Below are positions 31,309-42,400 of a stretch of DNA of 64,000 bases, one piece after another. The notes under the pieces are model-generated. The model had not been told where the DNA came from, ran no database searches, and saw only the letters and a list, made by a program, of their open reading frames with translations. Origin of the DNA: Acidobacteriota bacterium (GTDB lineage: Bacteria; Acidobacteriota; UBA890; WLXD01); the NCBI GenBank assembly GCA_963666055.2, contig CAXWPH010000015.1, positions 960,001-1,024,000 of the forward strand. Reading direction: 5' to 3'. Made by a program: the position numbers and the translations under genes. How positions within the stretch are numbered: the first letter of the stretch is position 1; the number at the start of each line of letters is the position of its first letter.

Positions 31309-31396
31309 ACAGGTCAGGCAGCTGTCAACGGTAGCGAGCAGGCGCAGCTACCGCAAGCCGGTTCTTGCTACGCGGGCAGGATGCGACGGTGGGGTC

Positions 31397-32596
31397 TCAG
31401 GCGCCTGCCTCCAGCATCCGCAGGATCTTGGCTGCGGTGGCCCCGAGCGGGATCTTGGCCATCTGTTCGCGTGTGAACCAGTCGCGCTCGGGTGTGCTGA
31501 CAGGGGCCGCGTGGTCGGTTGCGATGCTCACCGTCTCGGGGCGGTAGACGTGGCAACGGATGCGGCGATTGGTGATGCCGTGGCGGATCTCGCCGATGGG
31601 CTCGAGGTTGCGGATGTGGATCCCGATGCTGTGCAGGTGATGTTGCAGCGCCCGCGCGACCGGGTCGTCGGTGGACGCAGGACGGGTCGCGGTGAGATCG
31701 TCGGGCGGTGCCGCAGCGGCGACAATCTGCTCACCGATGCGTGAGTCCAGCGTGGGGAACTCCCACATGTCCGCCAGCGTTCCGGGCCGCTGCCCGCGCA
31801 GCAAGAGGAAGCGGCCGTCACGCTCGATTACCGCGGCACCCTCCTCGACGGCTCGCACCTTGCGCTGGGTGCGAACCGGGAGGAGCTCCTGTGTCTGCTC
31901 GGCGGCTGCAACGCAAGCGTCGCCGAGCGGGCAAGCATCACAGCGCGGCGCCCGCGGGGTGCACAGGCGGGCGCCGAGCTCCATGAGCGCTTGGTTGAGC
32001 TTGCCGGGTGGATGCGCCCGCAGGGCGGGCTCACAGGCGCTGCGCATGTGGCGCCGTACGGCGGCGCGAGCAGGGTCGTTGCGGATGTCCAGCACTCGGC
32101 AAAGTACGCGTCCGACGTTGCCATCGATTGACAGGTGCGGACGATCGAAAGCGATCGACGACACCGCTGCGGCGGTGTACTCGCCGATGCCCGGCAGCGC
32201 CCGCAGCGCATCCACATCTTCGGGTAGCCTGTCTGATCCGTTGGCGATGACCTGACGCGCCAGCCGGTGCAGGTTGCGCGCCCGACGGTAGTAGCCCAGA
32301 CCCGACCACTCGGCGAGCACATCGTTCTCGGATGCCGCCGCCACGCTGCGCAGGTCGGGGAAGACGCGCAGGAAGCCCTCGTAGCGGTTGACCACCGTCT
32401 CGACGCGTGTCTGCTGGAGCATTACTTCCGAGATCAGGATCCGATACGGGTTGCGGGTTCGCCGCCAGGGAAGGTCGCGCGCCTCCGCCTCGTACCAGCG
32501 CAGGAGCGCGGCCACGGCGGCGGGCTCGATGGTGCGATCGACGCGCTCCTCCGAAGTGGGGTTTGCCGGAACCTCTTCAGTCGATCTTGCCGGCAT
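31397..32596 (-). CDS. mutY: A/G-specific adenine glycosylase
   Basis: LPWR, SEVMLQQT, WSGLGYYRRARNL, LPGIGEYTA, DGNV, CTPRAPRCDACPLGDAC Fe-S motif, C-terminal Nudix-like domain. Confidence 0.95.
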   Translation of the reverse strand: MPARSTEEVPANPTSEERVDRTIEPAAVAALLRWYEAEARDLPWRRTRNPYRILISEVMLQQTRVETVVNRYEGFLRVFPDLRSVAAASENDVLAEWSGLGYYRRARNLHRLARQVIANGSDRLPEDVDALRALPGIGEYTAAAVSSIAFDRPHLSIDGNVGRVLCRVLDIRNDPARAAVRRHMRSACEPALRAHPPGKLNQALMELGARLCTPRAPRCDACPLGDACVAAAEQTQELLPVRTQRKVRAVEEGAAVIERDGRFLLLRGQRPGTLADMWEFPTLDSRIGEQIVAAAAPPDDLTATRPASTDDPVARALQHHLHSIGIHIRNLEPIGEIRHGITNRRIRCHVYRPETVSIATDHAAPVSTPERDWFTREQMAKIPLGATAAKILRMLEAGA

Positions 32597-33401
32597 CGCG
32601 AAGCAGCCCCATCACCAAGTTGCGCCCGGTCCACTCGTTGCCGCTCAAGAGCCGGTTGAAGCCATCGCCGATGCCCAGTGCCACGGCGATCTCGCGCATC
32701 GAGCGACCCTCCTCGAAGTGCACCACGGCACGGTGGCGAAGCCCCAACAGGTTGTCGAGCCGCCGGCCTAGCCGGTGCTGATGGCTGGCAAAACGCCCGT
32801 TGTGTTGGCAGAACAGTACGCAATCGGGAACGGCCAGTATCTGCCGCAATGAGGCGATCGTCTGGCCGATGTTCTCGAAGTCGAACGCCCGGCGCGGTTG
32901 TTCGGCGATGAACAGATCGCCGGAAAACAACCACTCCTGCTCGGGCTCGTGCAGCACGACGTGATCGGGGGCGTGGCCCGGCGTATGAAGCACCTGGAAG
33001 GTGTGATTGTCGGTATGCAGCTGTTCGCCCAGCGGCTCGACGTCGACCGGTTCTGGCGATCCCCAGACGACGCGCCGATAGAAGGGCAACGGCGGCGCGG
33101 CACGGACCAGCTCCATGCCGAGTGGATGAATGCTCGGCTTGGTGTCCGTGTATTGCGCTGCGACGGCGGCATTGCCAACGTGATCCTCGTGGTGATGGGT
33201 GAGGACGATGCGGCTCACCTTCTCCCGCTGGAGAATCTCCTCGAAAGCCCTGCGGCAGCTTCGCGGGCCAGTGTCGATCATCAACCCATCGACGACATAA
33301 ACCGCCACGCCCATGATGCGTCGTCCCGCCAGATACCGGGTCATCCGGTAGTGACGCACCGGGCCGTGGTCTTCGCAGCGCAGACCCTTGCTCATTCGCA
33401 C
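32577..33401 (-). CDS. Metallo-beta-lactamase-fold hydrolase
   Basis: THHHEDHVG, TPGHAPDH, FSGD. Confidence 0.9.
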   Translation of the reverse strand: MRMSKGLRCEDHGPVRHYRMTRYLAGRRIMGVAVYVVDGLMIDTGPRSCRRAFEEILQREKVSRIVLTHHHEDHVGNAAVAAQYTDTKPSIHPLGMELVRAAPPLPFYRRVVWGSPEPVDVEPLGEQLHTDNHTFQVLHTPGHAPDHVVLHEPEQEWLFSGDLFIAEQPRRAFDFENIGQTIASLRQILAVPDCVLFCQHNGRFASHQHRLGRRLDNLLGLRHRAVVHFEEGRSMREIAVALGIGDGFNRLLSGNEWTGRNLVMGLLRDAGKID

Positions 33402-34144
33402 GTTGGCTCGGCCGCCAAGCGCCTTTCGAGCTCTTCGAGCCGCTCACGAAGCTGCCGACGCATCTCGGCCGCATACGGGTTCACGGTCTCGATGGCGGCG
33501 AACAGCTCCCACGAGTCGGCCTCGACAATGCGCTCGACCTCGCGCAGGAGAGCCGCGGCCGGCGTGCGAATATCGAGCTCGCGGCCCTCGACCCGGCGCA
33601 GGGCCCGGCCGAGGTATTGGGCGAGTGCCTGGGTATGCGCACATTCACGATCATGGCGGTCGGGGTCGGCTACGATCACCCTCAGCCCGAGGCTCTCCAG
33701 GAACGTCTGCACGGAATCCAGACGCGTCGTGCGCTCCGGGCAGATGACGATCTGCTGGCCCTCGAGCGAGTCGCCGCCGCTGTGGGGTCCGAACATCGGG
33801 TGCGTGCCGATGATCTCAACGTGCTCGGGCAGCGCCTCGCGCATCCAGCGCATTGGTGCTGCCTTGACCGAGCAAACATCGACGATGAGCGCCCCGGCGC
33901 AGACGCTCCCGGCCACCTTTCGAAGGGTCGCCTGCAACGCCTGGATGGGCACTGCCAGGACGACGATCTCGCAGGCTGCCGCCTCTTCGAGCATGACGCT
34001 GCGAACGCCGAGCTCGCCGGCGCTCGCCTCGACGTCGGCAGTGTCGTGTACGACGACCTCGAAGTGGGACGTCAGGAACGGTACGGCGTACCGACCGAAC
34101 TGTCCGAACCCGAGGAGGCCGAGGCGCTTGTTTGCGGGCATCAA
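33392..34144 (-). CDS. tyrA: Prephenate/arogenate dehydrogenase
   Basis: GFGQFG, DVCSVK, THPMFGP, HD. Confidence 0.85.
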   Translation of the reverse strand: MMPANKRLGLLGFGQFGRYAVPFLTSHFEVVVHDTADVEASAGELGVRSVMLEEAAACEIVVLAVPIQALQATLRKVAGSVCAGALIVDVCSVKAAPMRWMREALPEHVEIIGTHPMFGPHSGGDSLEGQQIVICPERTTRLDSVQTFLESLGLRVIVADPDRHDRECAHTQALAQYLGRALRRVEGRELDIRTPAAALLREVERIVEADSWELFAAIETVNPYAAEMRRQLRERLEELERRLAAEPTCE

Positions 34145-34341
34145 TCGCTCCTGCCCTCCGGGTGGCGGCCGAACCGGCCGCTTTGGGCGTCGCGGCTCCA
34201 GCCTGTCCCGGTGAGCGGAGGGTCTCCGATGCGGCGAAACGGCGCGGGCGCGCGTGGCGAAGCGAGACTACACCATGCGGTTGGCGCGTTGTGCGCGGCT
34301 CACGTCTGGACATGGGCGGATAATCCCACCAGGCTGTGAGC

Positions 34342-34695
34342 ATGGAACTGGACGAGATACACGAGCTGCTGCTGGCCCAACGCGGCGCTACCGATGACAT
34401 GCCGTTTGGGCCCGACACCGCCGTCTACCGGGTGGGCAACAAGATGTTCGCGCTCATCGCGCTCGAGCGGATGCCGCCGCAGGTGAACCTGAAGTGCGAC
34501 CCGGAGCGCGCCATGGAGCTCCGAGAGCGCTATCCCGACGGTGTCTTGCCCGGCTATCACATGAGCAAGAAACACTGGAACACGGTGCTGATCGACGGTA
34601 CGGTGCCGCGCGCGTTGCTCGTCGAGTTGGTGGAGCATTCCTGGCAGCTGGTGTTCGATGGTCTCACGCAGGCGGCGCGGGCGGCGGTCGAGTAG
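34342..34695 (+). CDS. MmcQ/YjbR family DNA-binding protein
   Basis: PFGPD, KMFAL, NLKCDP, PGYHMSKKHWNTV. Confidence 0.92.
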   Translation: MELDEIHELLLAQRGATDDMPFGPDTAVYRVGNKMFALIALERMPPQVNLKCDPERAMELRERYPDGVLPGYHMSKKHWNTVLIDGTVPRALLVELVEHSWQLVFDGLTQAARAAVE

Positions 34696-34738
34696 CTCGG
34701 CCCGAGCCAGTGGCGCGTCCGCTCGAGCCCGAGCAGCC

Positions 34739-36265
34739 CTATCGAGCCTGGTGCCGTAGTCCCCGTCCCGGGCGTACGCCGGTCGGTTGTCCTTCGGCCC
34801 ACACCCTTTGGCCCGCCACCCAAGTTGCGTGCACGCCCGTGGCTGACCGAAGGGGATCGGTGAAGGTGCTGTGGTCCGTAATGGTGGCGGCGTCGAATGC
34901 CACCAGGTCGGCCATGGCTCCTGGTCGGATGACGCCACGGTCGTTGAGGCCAAGGCGCTGCGCCGGCATCCTGGTGGCCCGCTCCACCGCACGCTCGAGC
35001 GACAGCAGCTCGCGCTCGCGCAGGTAGTGCCCGAGAATACGAGCAAAGGCACCTGCGCCGCGCGGATGGCCGCTGCCGACGCCGCCATCGCTGGCGGTCA
35101 TCACCAGCGGCGAGGTCATGAAGGTGTCGACATCCTCCTGGCTCATGGTGTGGCCGATGATGCCTGAGCCGCCGTTGGCCATCATTTCCATGTACATCTC
35201 GACCTCGCTCTTGCCGGCGCGGGCGGCGACCTCGCTCAGCCTCATGCCGTGAGCCGCGGGGTCCGCGTCGTAGCCGACGATCTGCAAACGCGAACCGCCG
35301 CCGACGGCCGCGAGGCCCTCCGCCACCGCGACCGGATCGTCGAAGCGTCGTGAGGGCACGATGATCCCGAGTCCCGACTGCCAGGCGGTGTAGGGGTACT
35401 GATCGGCGGTCACGTCGAGCCCCGCGACGCGAGCCGCTGCGAGCCGCCCCAGAACCGCACGCGCCTGGCCCCACACCGCGGCGTTGCCGGTCTTGATGTG
35501 AGAGATCTGTACCGGCAGCTTGCCCTCGATGCCGATGCGCAGGGCCTCGTCGATCGCCTCGAGAAGGCCGTCCTCCTCGTCGCGAACGTGCGACATGTAG
35601 AAACCGCCGAGCCCACCGGCGACGCTCGCCAGCTCGATCAGCTCTTCGGTGGTGGAGTAGTAACCGGGGTCGTATTCGAGGCCGCTCGAAAGGCCGAAGG
35701 CACCCTCCATCATCCCCTGCCGTACCCGGAGCGCCATCTCACTGACTTCGCTGGCGCTGGCGGTGCGTCGATAATCGTCCTCCAGCACGGCGCGTCGAAC
35801 GGTACCGTGACCCACGAGCGTGCCGACGTTCAGCGCTGTCGAGAGCGCGTCGATGCCGTCGAGATACTCCCCGATGGGCCACGGGGAGGAGCCGTCGGCG
35901 CCCACCACGATCGTCGTTACCCCCTGGGCGATCTGCGTCGTCGCCAGCGGGTCGCCTTGCAACCTCTCGGTGGAGTGGTTGTGGATGTCGATGAACCCTG
36001 GTGCCAGGATGAGACCAGCGAGATCGATCACCGTCAGCGCTCCCTCCGAGTCCAAGGGGCGCAACGATCCGTTTGTGCCGACGGCGGCGATGCGGTCGCC
36101 CTCGAGCAGCACCTCGCCGCGGTACGCGACGGTACCCGTGCCGTCGACGATCGTGGCACCGACGAGCAGCTGTCGGCGCGGTTCCGACTGACCCGTCGTC
36201 GCGCCGGCGACCGTGGTCGCGATGAACAGCAGGAGTGCGAGGCCGATCACACGATGACGGTACAT
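34739..36265 (-). CDS. N-acyl-D-amino-acid deacylase (D-aminoacylase family)
   Basis: PGFIDIHNH, GLSSGLEY, SHVRDE, ISHIK, DQYPY, ASDG, HPRGAG; signal peptide. Confidence 0.9.
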   Translation of the reverse strand: MYRHRVIGLALLLFIATTVAGATTGQSEPRRQLLVGATIVDGTGTVAYRGEVLLEGDRIAAVGTNGSLRPLDSEGALTVIDLAGLILAPGFIDIHNHSTERLQGDPLATTQIAQGVTTIVVGADGSSPWPIGEYLDGIDALSTALNVGTLVGHGTVRRAVLEDDYRRTASASEVSEMALRVRQGMMEGAFGLSSGLEYDPGYYSTTEELIELASVAGGLGGFYMSHVRDEEDGLLEAIDEALRIGIEGKLPVQISHIKTGNAAVWGQARAVLGRLAAARVAGLDVTADQYPYTAWQSGLGIIVPSRRFDDPVAVAEGLAAVGGGSRLQIVGYDADPAAHGMRLSEVAARAGKSEVEMYMEMMANGGSGIIGHTMSQEDVDTFMTSPLVMTASDGGVGSGHPRGAGAFARILGHYLRERELLSLERAVERATRMPAQRLGLNDRGVIRPGAMADLVAFDAATITDHSTFTDPLRSATGVHATWVAGQRVWAEGQPTGVRPGRGLRHQAR

Positions 36266-36299
36266 GGGTCCCCTCTGGTCGCTAGGCCTGCCAGGGCAT

Positions 36300-36367
36300 C
36301 GTCAGGCCGCGTTGCATCTCCCAACTCGCCGCAACCAGGCCGCCACACTTCCACCACGGCCTGCTAG
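36300..36367 (+). repeat. Dispersed intergenic repeat, copy 2
   Basis: CAACTCGCCGCAACCAGGCCGCCACACTTCCACCACGGCCTGCTAG. Confidence 0.8.
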
Positions 36368-36456
36368 TCGACTTCTGGCGTCTCGAATACCATGGATTCA
36401 TATCCGTAAGCCTTATTTCGTCTGTTTTTCTTTTATCTGTTTTTTTCTCATACGTC

Positions 36457-39400
36457 ATGACTACGCTGCCCGCCGACCGCTTCGATGTGATCGTCGTGGG
36501 GGCCGGCCCGGCGGGTGTCACCGCCGCGATGGCCCTCGGCAGGGCCGGATTCTCGGTGCTGGTCTGCGAAGCGGGGATCTTCCCGGGGGCCGAGAACTGG
36601 TCGGGCGCCGTCTACTTTTCGGAGAACCTCGAGCATCCGGACGCCTTCGGCCGCGACATCGTCGCGGCGGCGCCGTACGAGCGCCGACTCGTGGAGCGCG
36701 GCGCCTACCTGTACAACGGCCATAGCCTCCTCGGCGCCAGCCTTCGGTCGCCCGACGTTTTCCGCTCCTGCTACACGGTTCTGCGGCCCGTTTACGACCG
36801 GTATCTGGCGGAGGTAACACGCGAGCACGGCGTCATACTCGCCTGTGAGACTACCGTTCAGAGCCTCATCCGGCATCGCGGTCGCGTTATCGGTGTTCAC
36901 ACCGAGCGCGGTCCGGCGTATGCCGATGTGGTGTTTCTCGCGGAGGGCGACGCGTCGCATCTGGTCACCCAGGAAGGCTACGAGCGGGCCTCGGAAAGTG
37001 ATCGAGCCGAGGGAGGACCGCACTTCCTGCAGGGCGTCAAGGAGGTGATCTCGCTCCCGGAGGACGTGCTCGAGGAGCGCTTCGGCTTGGAGCCGGGCGA
37101 AGGCGTCGCCTTCGAGATGCTGCTCCGCAACGCTTCGCGTAAGGGGCGCACGGCGCGGCTCAACATGGGCGGCTTCGTATACACCAACCGCGACAGCTTG
37201 TCGTTGGGGTTCGTCTTGCCGCTCGACAACCTCCGGCAGCACTTCGAAGGTGACCACAACATCCTCATGGAGTGGTTCAAGGGCTTGCCTGAGATCGCCC
37301 GCATGATCGACGGCGGCGAGCTCACGTCGTACGGCGCCAAGATTATCCGCGGCGGCGGCCTGAAGGAAATTCCACGGCTGGTCGATGACGGCCTGGCGAT
37401 CGGCGGTGCCGCCAGCGGTATCGGCCTCGATTTTCCCTATCCGAATTTCACCGGGCCGGCGACGGCGATGGGGCTGTACTTCGCCGCTGCGGTGCGTCAG
37501 ATCGCCGCCGACTCGGGCGGCCTCGGGCGCGGCGGCGATTCGACGAGATCGCCGTTCACCGAGCGGGCGCTGCGCCAGACGTATCTCGAGGCGGTGAAGT
37601 CGAGTCATTACTACCGCGGCGTGCAGCACCTGCGCGACTGGCCGGCGTACATCGAGCGCACACAGTTCTTCTTCGAACAACAGCTCGATCTGGTCAACAA
37701 CACCGCCTACATCATGTCGCGTCCGGAGCTGGGTTCCTGGGAGCGCTACTGGAGCGTGGTGCGGCTCGTGCGCCGTGTCGCCAGGGGTCGCAAGGGCTCG
37801 ATCATGGCCGATTGCCGCGACCTCGCCGGCGCCGTTGGCCTGGGCATGCTCGTTCGTGCCGCGGCCACACCGGCCAACCTGCTGCGGGTGCTGTGCAACA
37901 CAGTCGGGGCCTTCCTGCCGCGCCGATCGGGTACGCGGGTTGGTCTTGCCGAGACCTCCGACTCCGCCGTCGCACCGGCAGCCGGGGCCGGGGTGGCGGA
38001 GGCACGGGCGCATGATGGTGCGCGGCTGCGGGCCCTGTATCGCGTGATGGCGGGAGGGGAACAGCCAGGCAGGGCTCCGTGGCTGTTCCGTTGGTACTGG
38101 CGACGTTTCGGCGGCGCCTTGGCGAGCGCCTTCAGCGACGTCTACACCAACGACGACACCGACGTGGCCGACAAGCTCCGGTCGGCGGCGCGGCATCTCG
38201 CCGGCTGCCTATCGATCTGGGATGTCGCCGTCGTCGCGGGCGCCGGTGCTGTCCTCATCGCAACCAGCTTGAAGCAGGCGGCCACCGAGTGGTTCCAGCA
38301 CTCGGTGCTGCGCTGGGAGCCGCGCCGCTTCGGCGAGCAGCTCACCAACCGGTTGCTGGCCGACAACCACGAGCGCATCCGCCTCGATGACGATCACGTT
38401 GCCATCACCACCACCTACGAGGCGAAGCTGGGCACGATCACGTACCAGGCCGGCCGCCATTCCCACATCAAGGTGATGTGGCCGGCGCAAATCGCCGACC
38501 GGAACAACCTGTCGTCGTCGGCGCTGTGGAACATCTGTCCGGCCAAGGTCTACGAGGTGCGGCGCAACTCGGCGGGCCAGCCCGGGGTGGTGGTCAACTA
38601 CGAAAACTGCATCAAATGCGAGAGTTGTTGGCGGGTGACGGGCGATGTGCACTGGAGCCGCGCCACCCAGCAGCGGCTCATCTATCAGACCTACACACCG
38701 GCGCAGCAGGAGCTCCACGCCTACCTCGTCGACCGGCCCGAGCCACAACCGCGTCTGGGATCACGACCGGGGTTCCTGCCGGCGCTGCTGGATAGCGTTC
38801 GGGATGCCGATGCGAGCGCCCCGCCGGGGCCATCCCACGCCGCCACGCGAGCCCGGCTGGAGCGCGCACGCGCGGCGCTGCGTTGCTATCGCGCCGATCT
38901 GGCGCGTTCTCCGTCGGCGTTGGAAGAGGGGCGTCGCGGCCATCTCCGTGCCCTCCTGGTGGCCGCCCGCGATGCCTTCATTGATGCCCGCCGCACCTGG
39001 GAGGCCGCGACGAGCGATGCGGGCAGCAGTGCCGCGACAAGGTTGCTGACACCCGTCTGGGACGACGCGGCGGAGCGTCTCGAGCAGATGCAACAGCATG
39101 CCGAGGCGCACAGGTTCTTCTGGGCCGATGTGCTCGCCCGCCAGCTCGAGGACCATCATTTCACCGCCATCTTGGCAGTCTGCGGCGCCGCTGCCGCGCG
39201 GGTCGACACCGATGTCGGTGTGAGCGACGACCTGTGCATCAAGCAGCAGCTCGAGGCGGTCGAGTGGCGGCGTCGGGAGGCGGAGCCGCGCAACTTCGAG
39301 GCCAGTCGCCGAGAGGTGCGCGAGGGCTGCAAGCGCTGGTTCGACAACCACGCGGTACGCGCCCTGGAGCGCGGGGAGCCGCTGTCGGCCGGACAGGCCG

Positions 39401-42400
39401 ATTGGCTGCGGGACCAGATTGCTGCCGCACGGCCGCGGCGGGACGGCTACGGGCTTCGGGAGGTGGTACTCGAAGAGCTGGCGGCGACTGACCCGGCGCT
39501 GGCGCTGATCGCGGCGTCGCATCTGCTCGCGGTCGACCTGTTGACGCAGGCCGGTACCCAGCATGCCGAGCTGCAGGAGGCACGCGTGGTTGCCGCGACC
39601 ATCCATGGTGGCCAGCGCGCCGCACGCTGCCTGCAAGGCGGCGGTTTCGAGATCGATGTCTGTGCCGACTTCGTTCCCACCGCGCTCGCGCAGCGCTATC
39701 TCGTAGTCGTCGGCAGCGACGGCTTCCTCATTGATGCCGATGATCCGCGGCTGGTGATCGAGGACGTCGGCAGCGTGGGCCTCATCGGCGCCCGCATCCG
39801 GCGCCCGCGCGGCGGCCACATCACGGTGCCCGCAGCGCGGCGCATCGACCTTTCGGGAGTGGTCGACGAGGTCGTGCTCGAGGCGCCGGCGGCCGGAGAG
39901 CCCTGGGCCGCGGTGCTCGGCGTGGCGCTGCCCGGCTACCTGGCGATGGTTCGCGGATCCGGAAGGTACCTGCTACAGCGTGCCCGCGAGCACGCCGCCG
40001 GGCGCCTGCAGTTCCCCGGTGCGTTCGAGGACGAGGCCGGCCGAGACACTATCGCCAAGTTTGGTGCCGTCAAGCAGATGCTGGCCGAGATGGAGGTGCA
40101 CCGCTACGTGCTCGAGTCGATAACGCTAACCAATCCGGGCGGCGGCGACGAGTGGACCGGGCAGGCTGCTAGCAAGGTGCTGGCCAGCCAGGCTTTCGGC
40201 CCGGGCGATCGCTCCTTCAGCTACAACACCGGTCAGATCTTCGGCGGCACCGCTTTTTCGGAAGACGACGACATCGCCAAGTACTACCGCGACAGCGCGC
40301 CGTGCCGATTTCTGCTCGGTCACGACGACGCGTTGCGCGTGCAGGTCGGGCGGCGCCGGCTAACCGCCGCCCGATCGGGTGGCGATCTGATCCCGTGCAG
40401 TGACGCCGAGCATCGGTGGGCGGCACGCGCCGCGGAGCATGCCTTGCTTGGCGAGCCGGCACGACGCTACCAGGCCGCGCGTCTGCAGACCGAGGAGTGG
40501 GCGAGCGGCCTTGGCCGTGCCGACGATGATCTGACCGCCTACGCTGCCGGCAACATCGTGATCGAGGTGCTTGCCGCCAGGAGCTTGCTGGTGCGGTCGA
40601 TGCGTCGGATTTACGCCGGCATACCGACCGAGGCGATGGTCGAGGCGACGCGGTTGGTTGTGGATCGGCTCGGCGCCGAGCTTCCCGCCTTGATCGAGGC
40701 GGCCGATCTGGCGCCGACGACGCTCATTGCAGGCGACGAGTTGCTCGAGAATGGCGATTTCGCGGCGGTGTCGATCCCGGATGCCGAGTCCTACGAGAGC
40801 GTCTACACCGCCGATCAGCCGCATGAATCTGGTGAGTGGCTTCGCGATGGCTTCGACCCCGCGTCGCCTCGCTGCGTGCCCGAGATACTGGCCCACGACC
40901 CGGCGCTGGCGCGTTATCGGAAGCAGCTAGAGACCGAGCTGCGCCAGCGTTTCGAGGTGCCGAGGTTCGACGGGCTGCCGTACGGGCGTTATCTCGAGAA
41001 GCTCCACATGATCCCCGACGAGGACCTTGACTACATGGTCAGGCGGGGCTTCATGCGCATGCCGATTGCCCGGCATCTCGGCGGTGAGGGAGCCTTGAAA
41101 GCGGAGTACTACATCCTCTCCATGCTCATCGGCCGCTACGGCGACGCGGCACTATCGTTGGCCATCATGGGCAACACGAGCATCGGTACGACGCCGGCGC
41201 TCATCGGCCTGTACCAGGATTTGCCACGCGCCCGCGCCGAGCTCGAGCGCGTGCGCCAGCATCCCGAGGTGCTCGGCGACATCCGTGACCGCATCGACGG
41301 CGTGCTGGCGATGTTGAGACGGCCGAACACGGAAGCGCTTGCTGCGGCGACCACCGAGATCGGTTCGCTGGTCAACAAGCGCGTCGCCAAGTCGATGGTG
41401 TTGAAGTCTCTCGGTGGCGGTTTCTTGCGGGCGTTCCAGGCTGCGGTACGGGCCGGCCAGCAACGCGATCTCGAGAGCTTCGGCACGCACCTGCGCGAGG
41501 CGCGCGAGCTCCTCGATGACGTCCTCGGTGCCGTCGAGGAGCGCCTCGCGGAGTACCCGCGCCGGCAGCGCGCCCACGAGCTCTTCCTGAAGACGATCTC
41601 CGCCGGCTACATCTCGGCGTTCGCGCTTACCGAGCCTACTGCCGGGTCCGATTCCGGAGGCGTGAAAACCATGGCGCGCGCCGCGCGGCGACGCCTACAC
41701 CGCGACGATGACGGGGTGCTGTGGTTCTGGCTGGACGAGGAAAACGAGCTCGAGCGACGCAACCTGCTCGACGCGGATCGGCTGGAACACGACTACGACG
41801 AACGCCGGTTGCTCTATCGCTTCGCAGACGATGCCGCGCCGGCGCACGTCGATCATTCCGAGTACGACTACGACAAGGACGCGCCGGAGCGAACACGCTT
41901 CTATATGCACGGTGCCCGTAAGGTGCAGTTCAGCGACATCGGCCAGCTGCGAACCGACGCCGCCGGTAACTCTTTCTACGAGTACTGGGTGCTCAACGGC
42001 GCCAAGATGTGGATTACGAACGGGCGCTTCTGTCATTGCATGGCGCTGTACGCACGCACCGAGCCGGAGGGCGTGACCGGGTTCATGGTCGACCGGCACG
42101 CCGAAGGGCTCGTCGTGGGAGCCGATGAGGAAAAGCTCGGGCAGCGTGGCTCGCCGACCAACGAGCTGTCACTCAACAACGTCCGTGTGCCGCACGAGGC
42201 GATCATCGGTTTCCGCGGCCGGGGTCAGGTCAACGCGCTCGAAACCCTGAACACCGGGCGTGCAGGATTGGCGGTGACCACCCATTCGACGATCGCGGAG
42301 CTCGCCGACGATGCGATTCCCTATCTGCGCGGCGAGGTCGCCCCCGGCTTCGAGTACTCACCGCGCGCCCCGGCTCGCCCGCTGGAGCGATACTGGATGG

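Noticed and set aside
36448-38196. Long antisense or alternate-frame ORFs (e.g. 36448-38196, 32898-34214, 55728-57146, 47795-49033)
   Set aside because: Shadow ORFs expected in high-GC DNA; they overlap well-supported genes or tRNAs and carry no motifs
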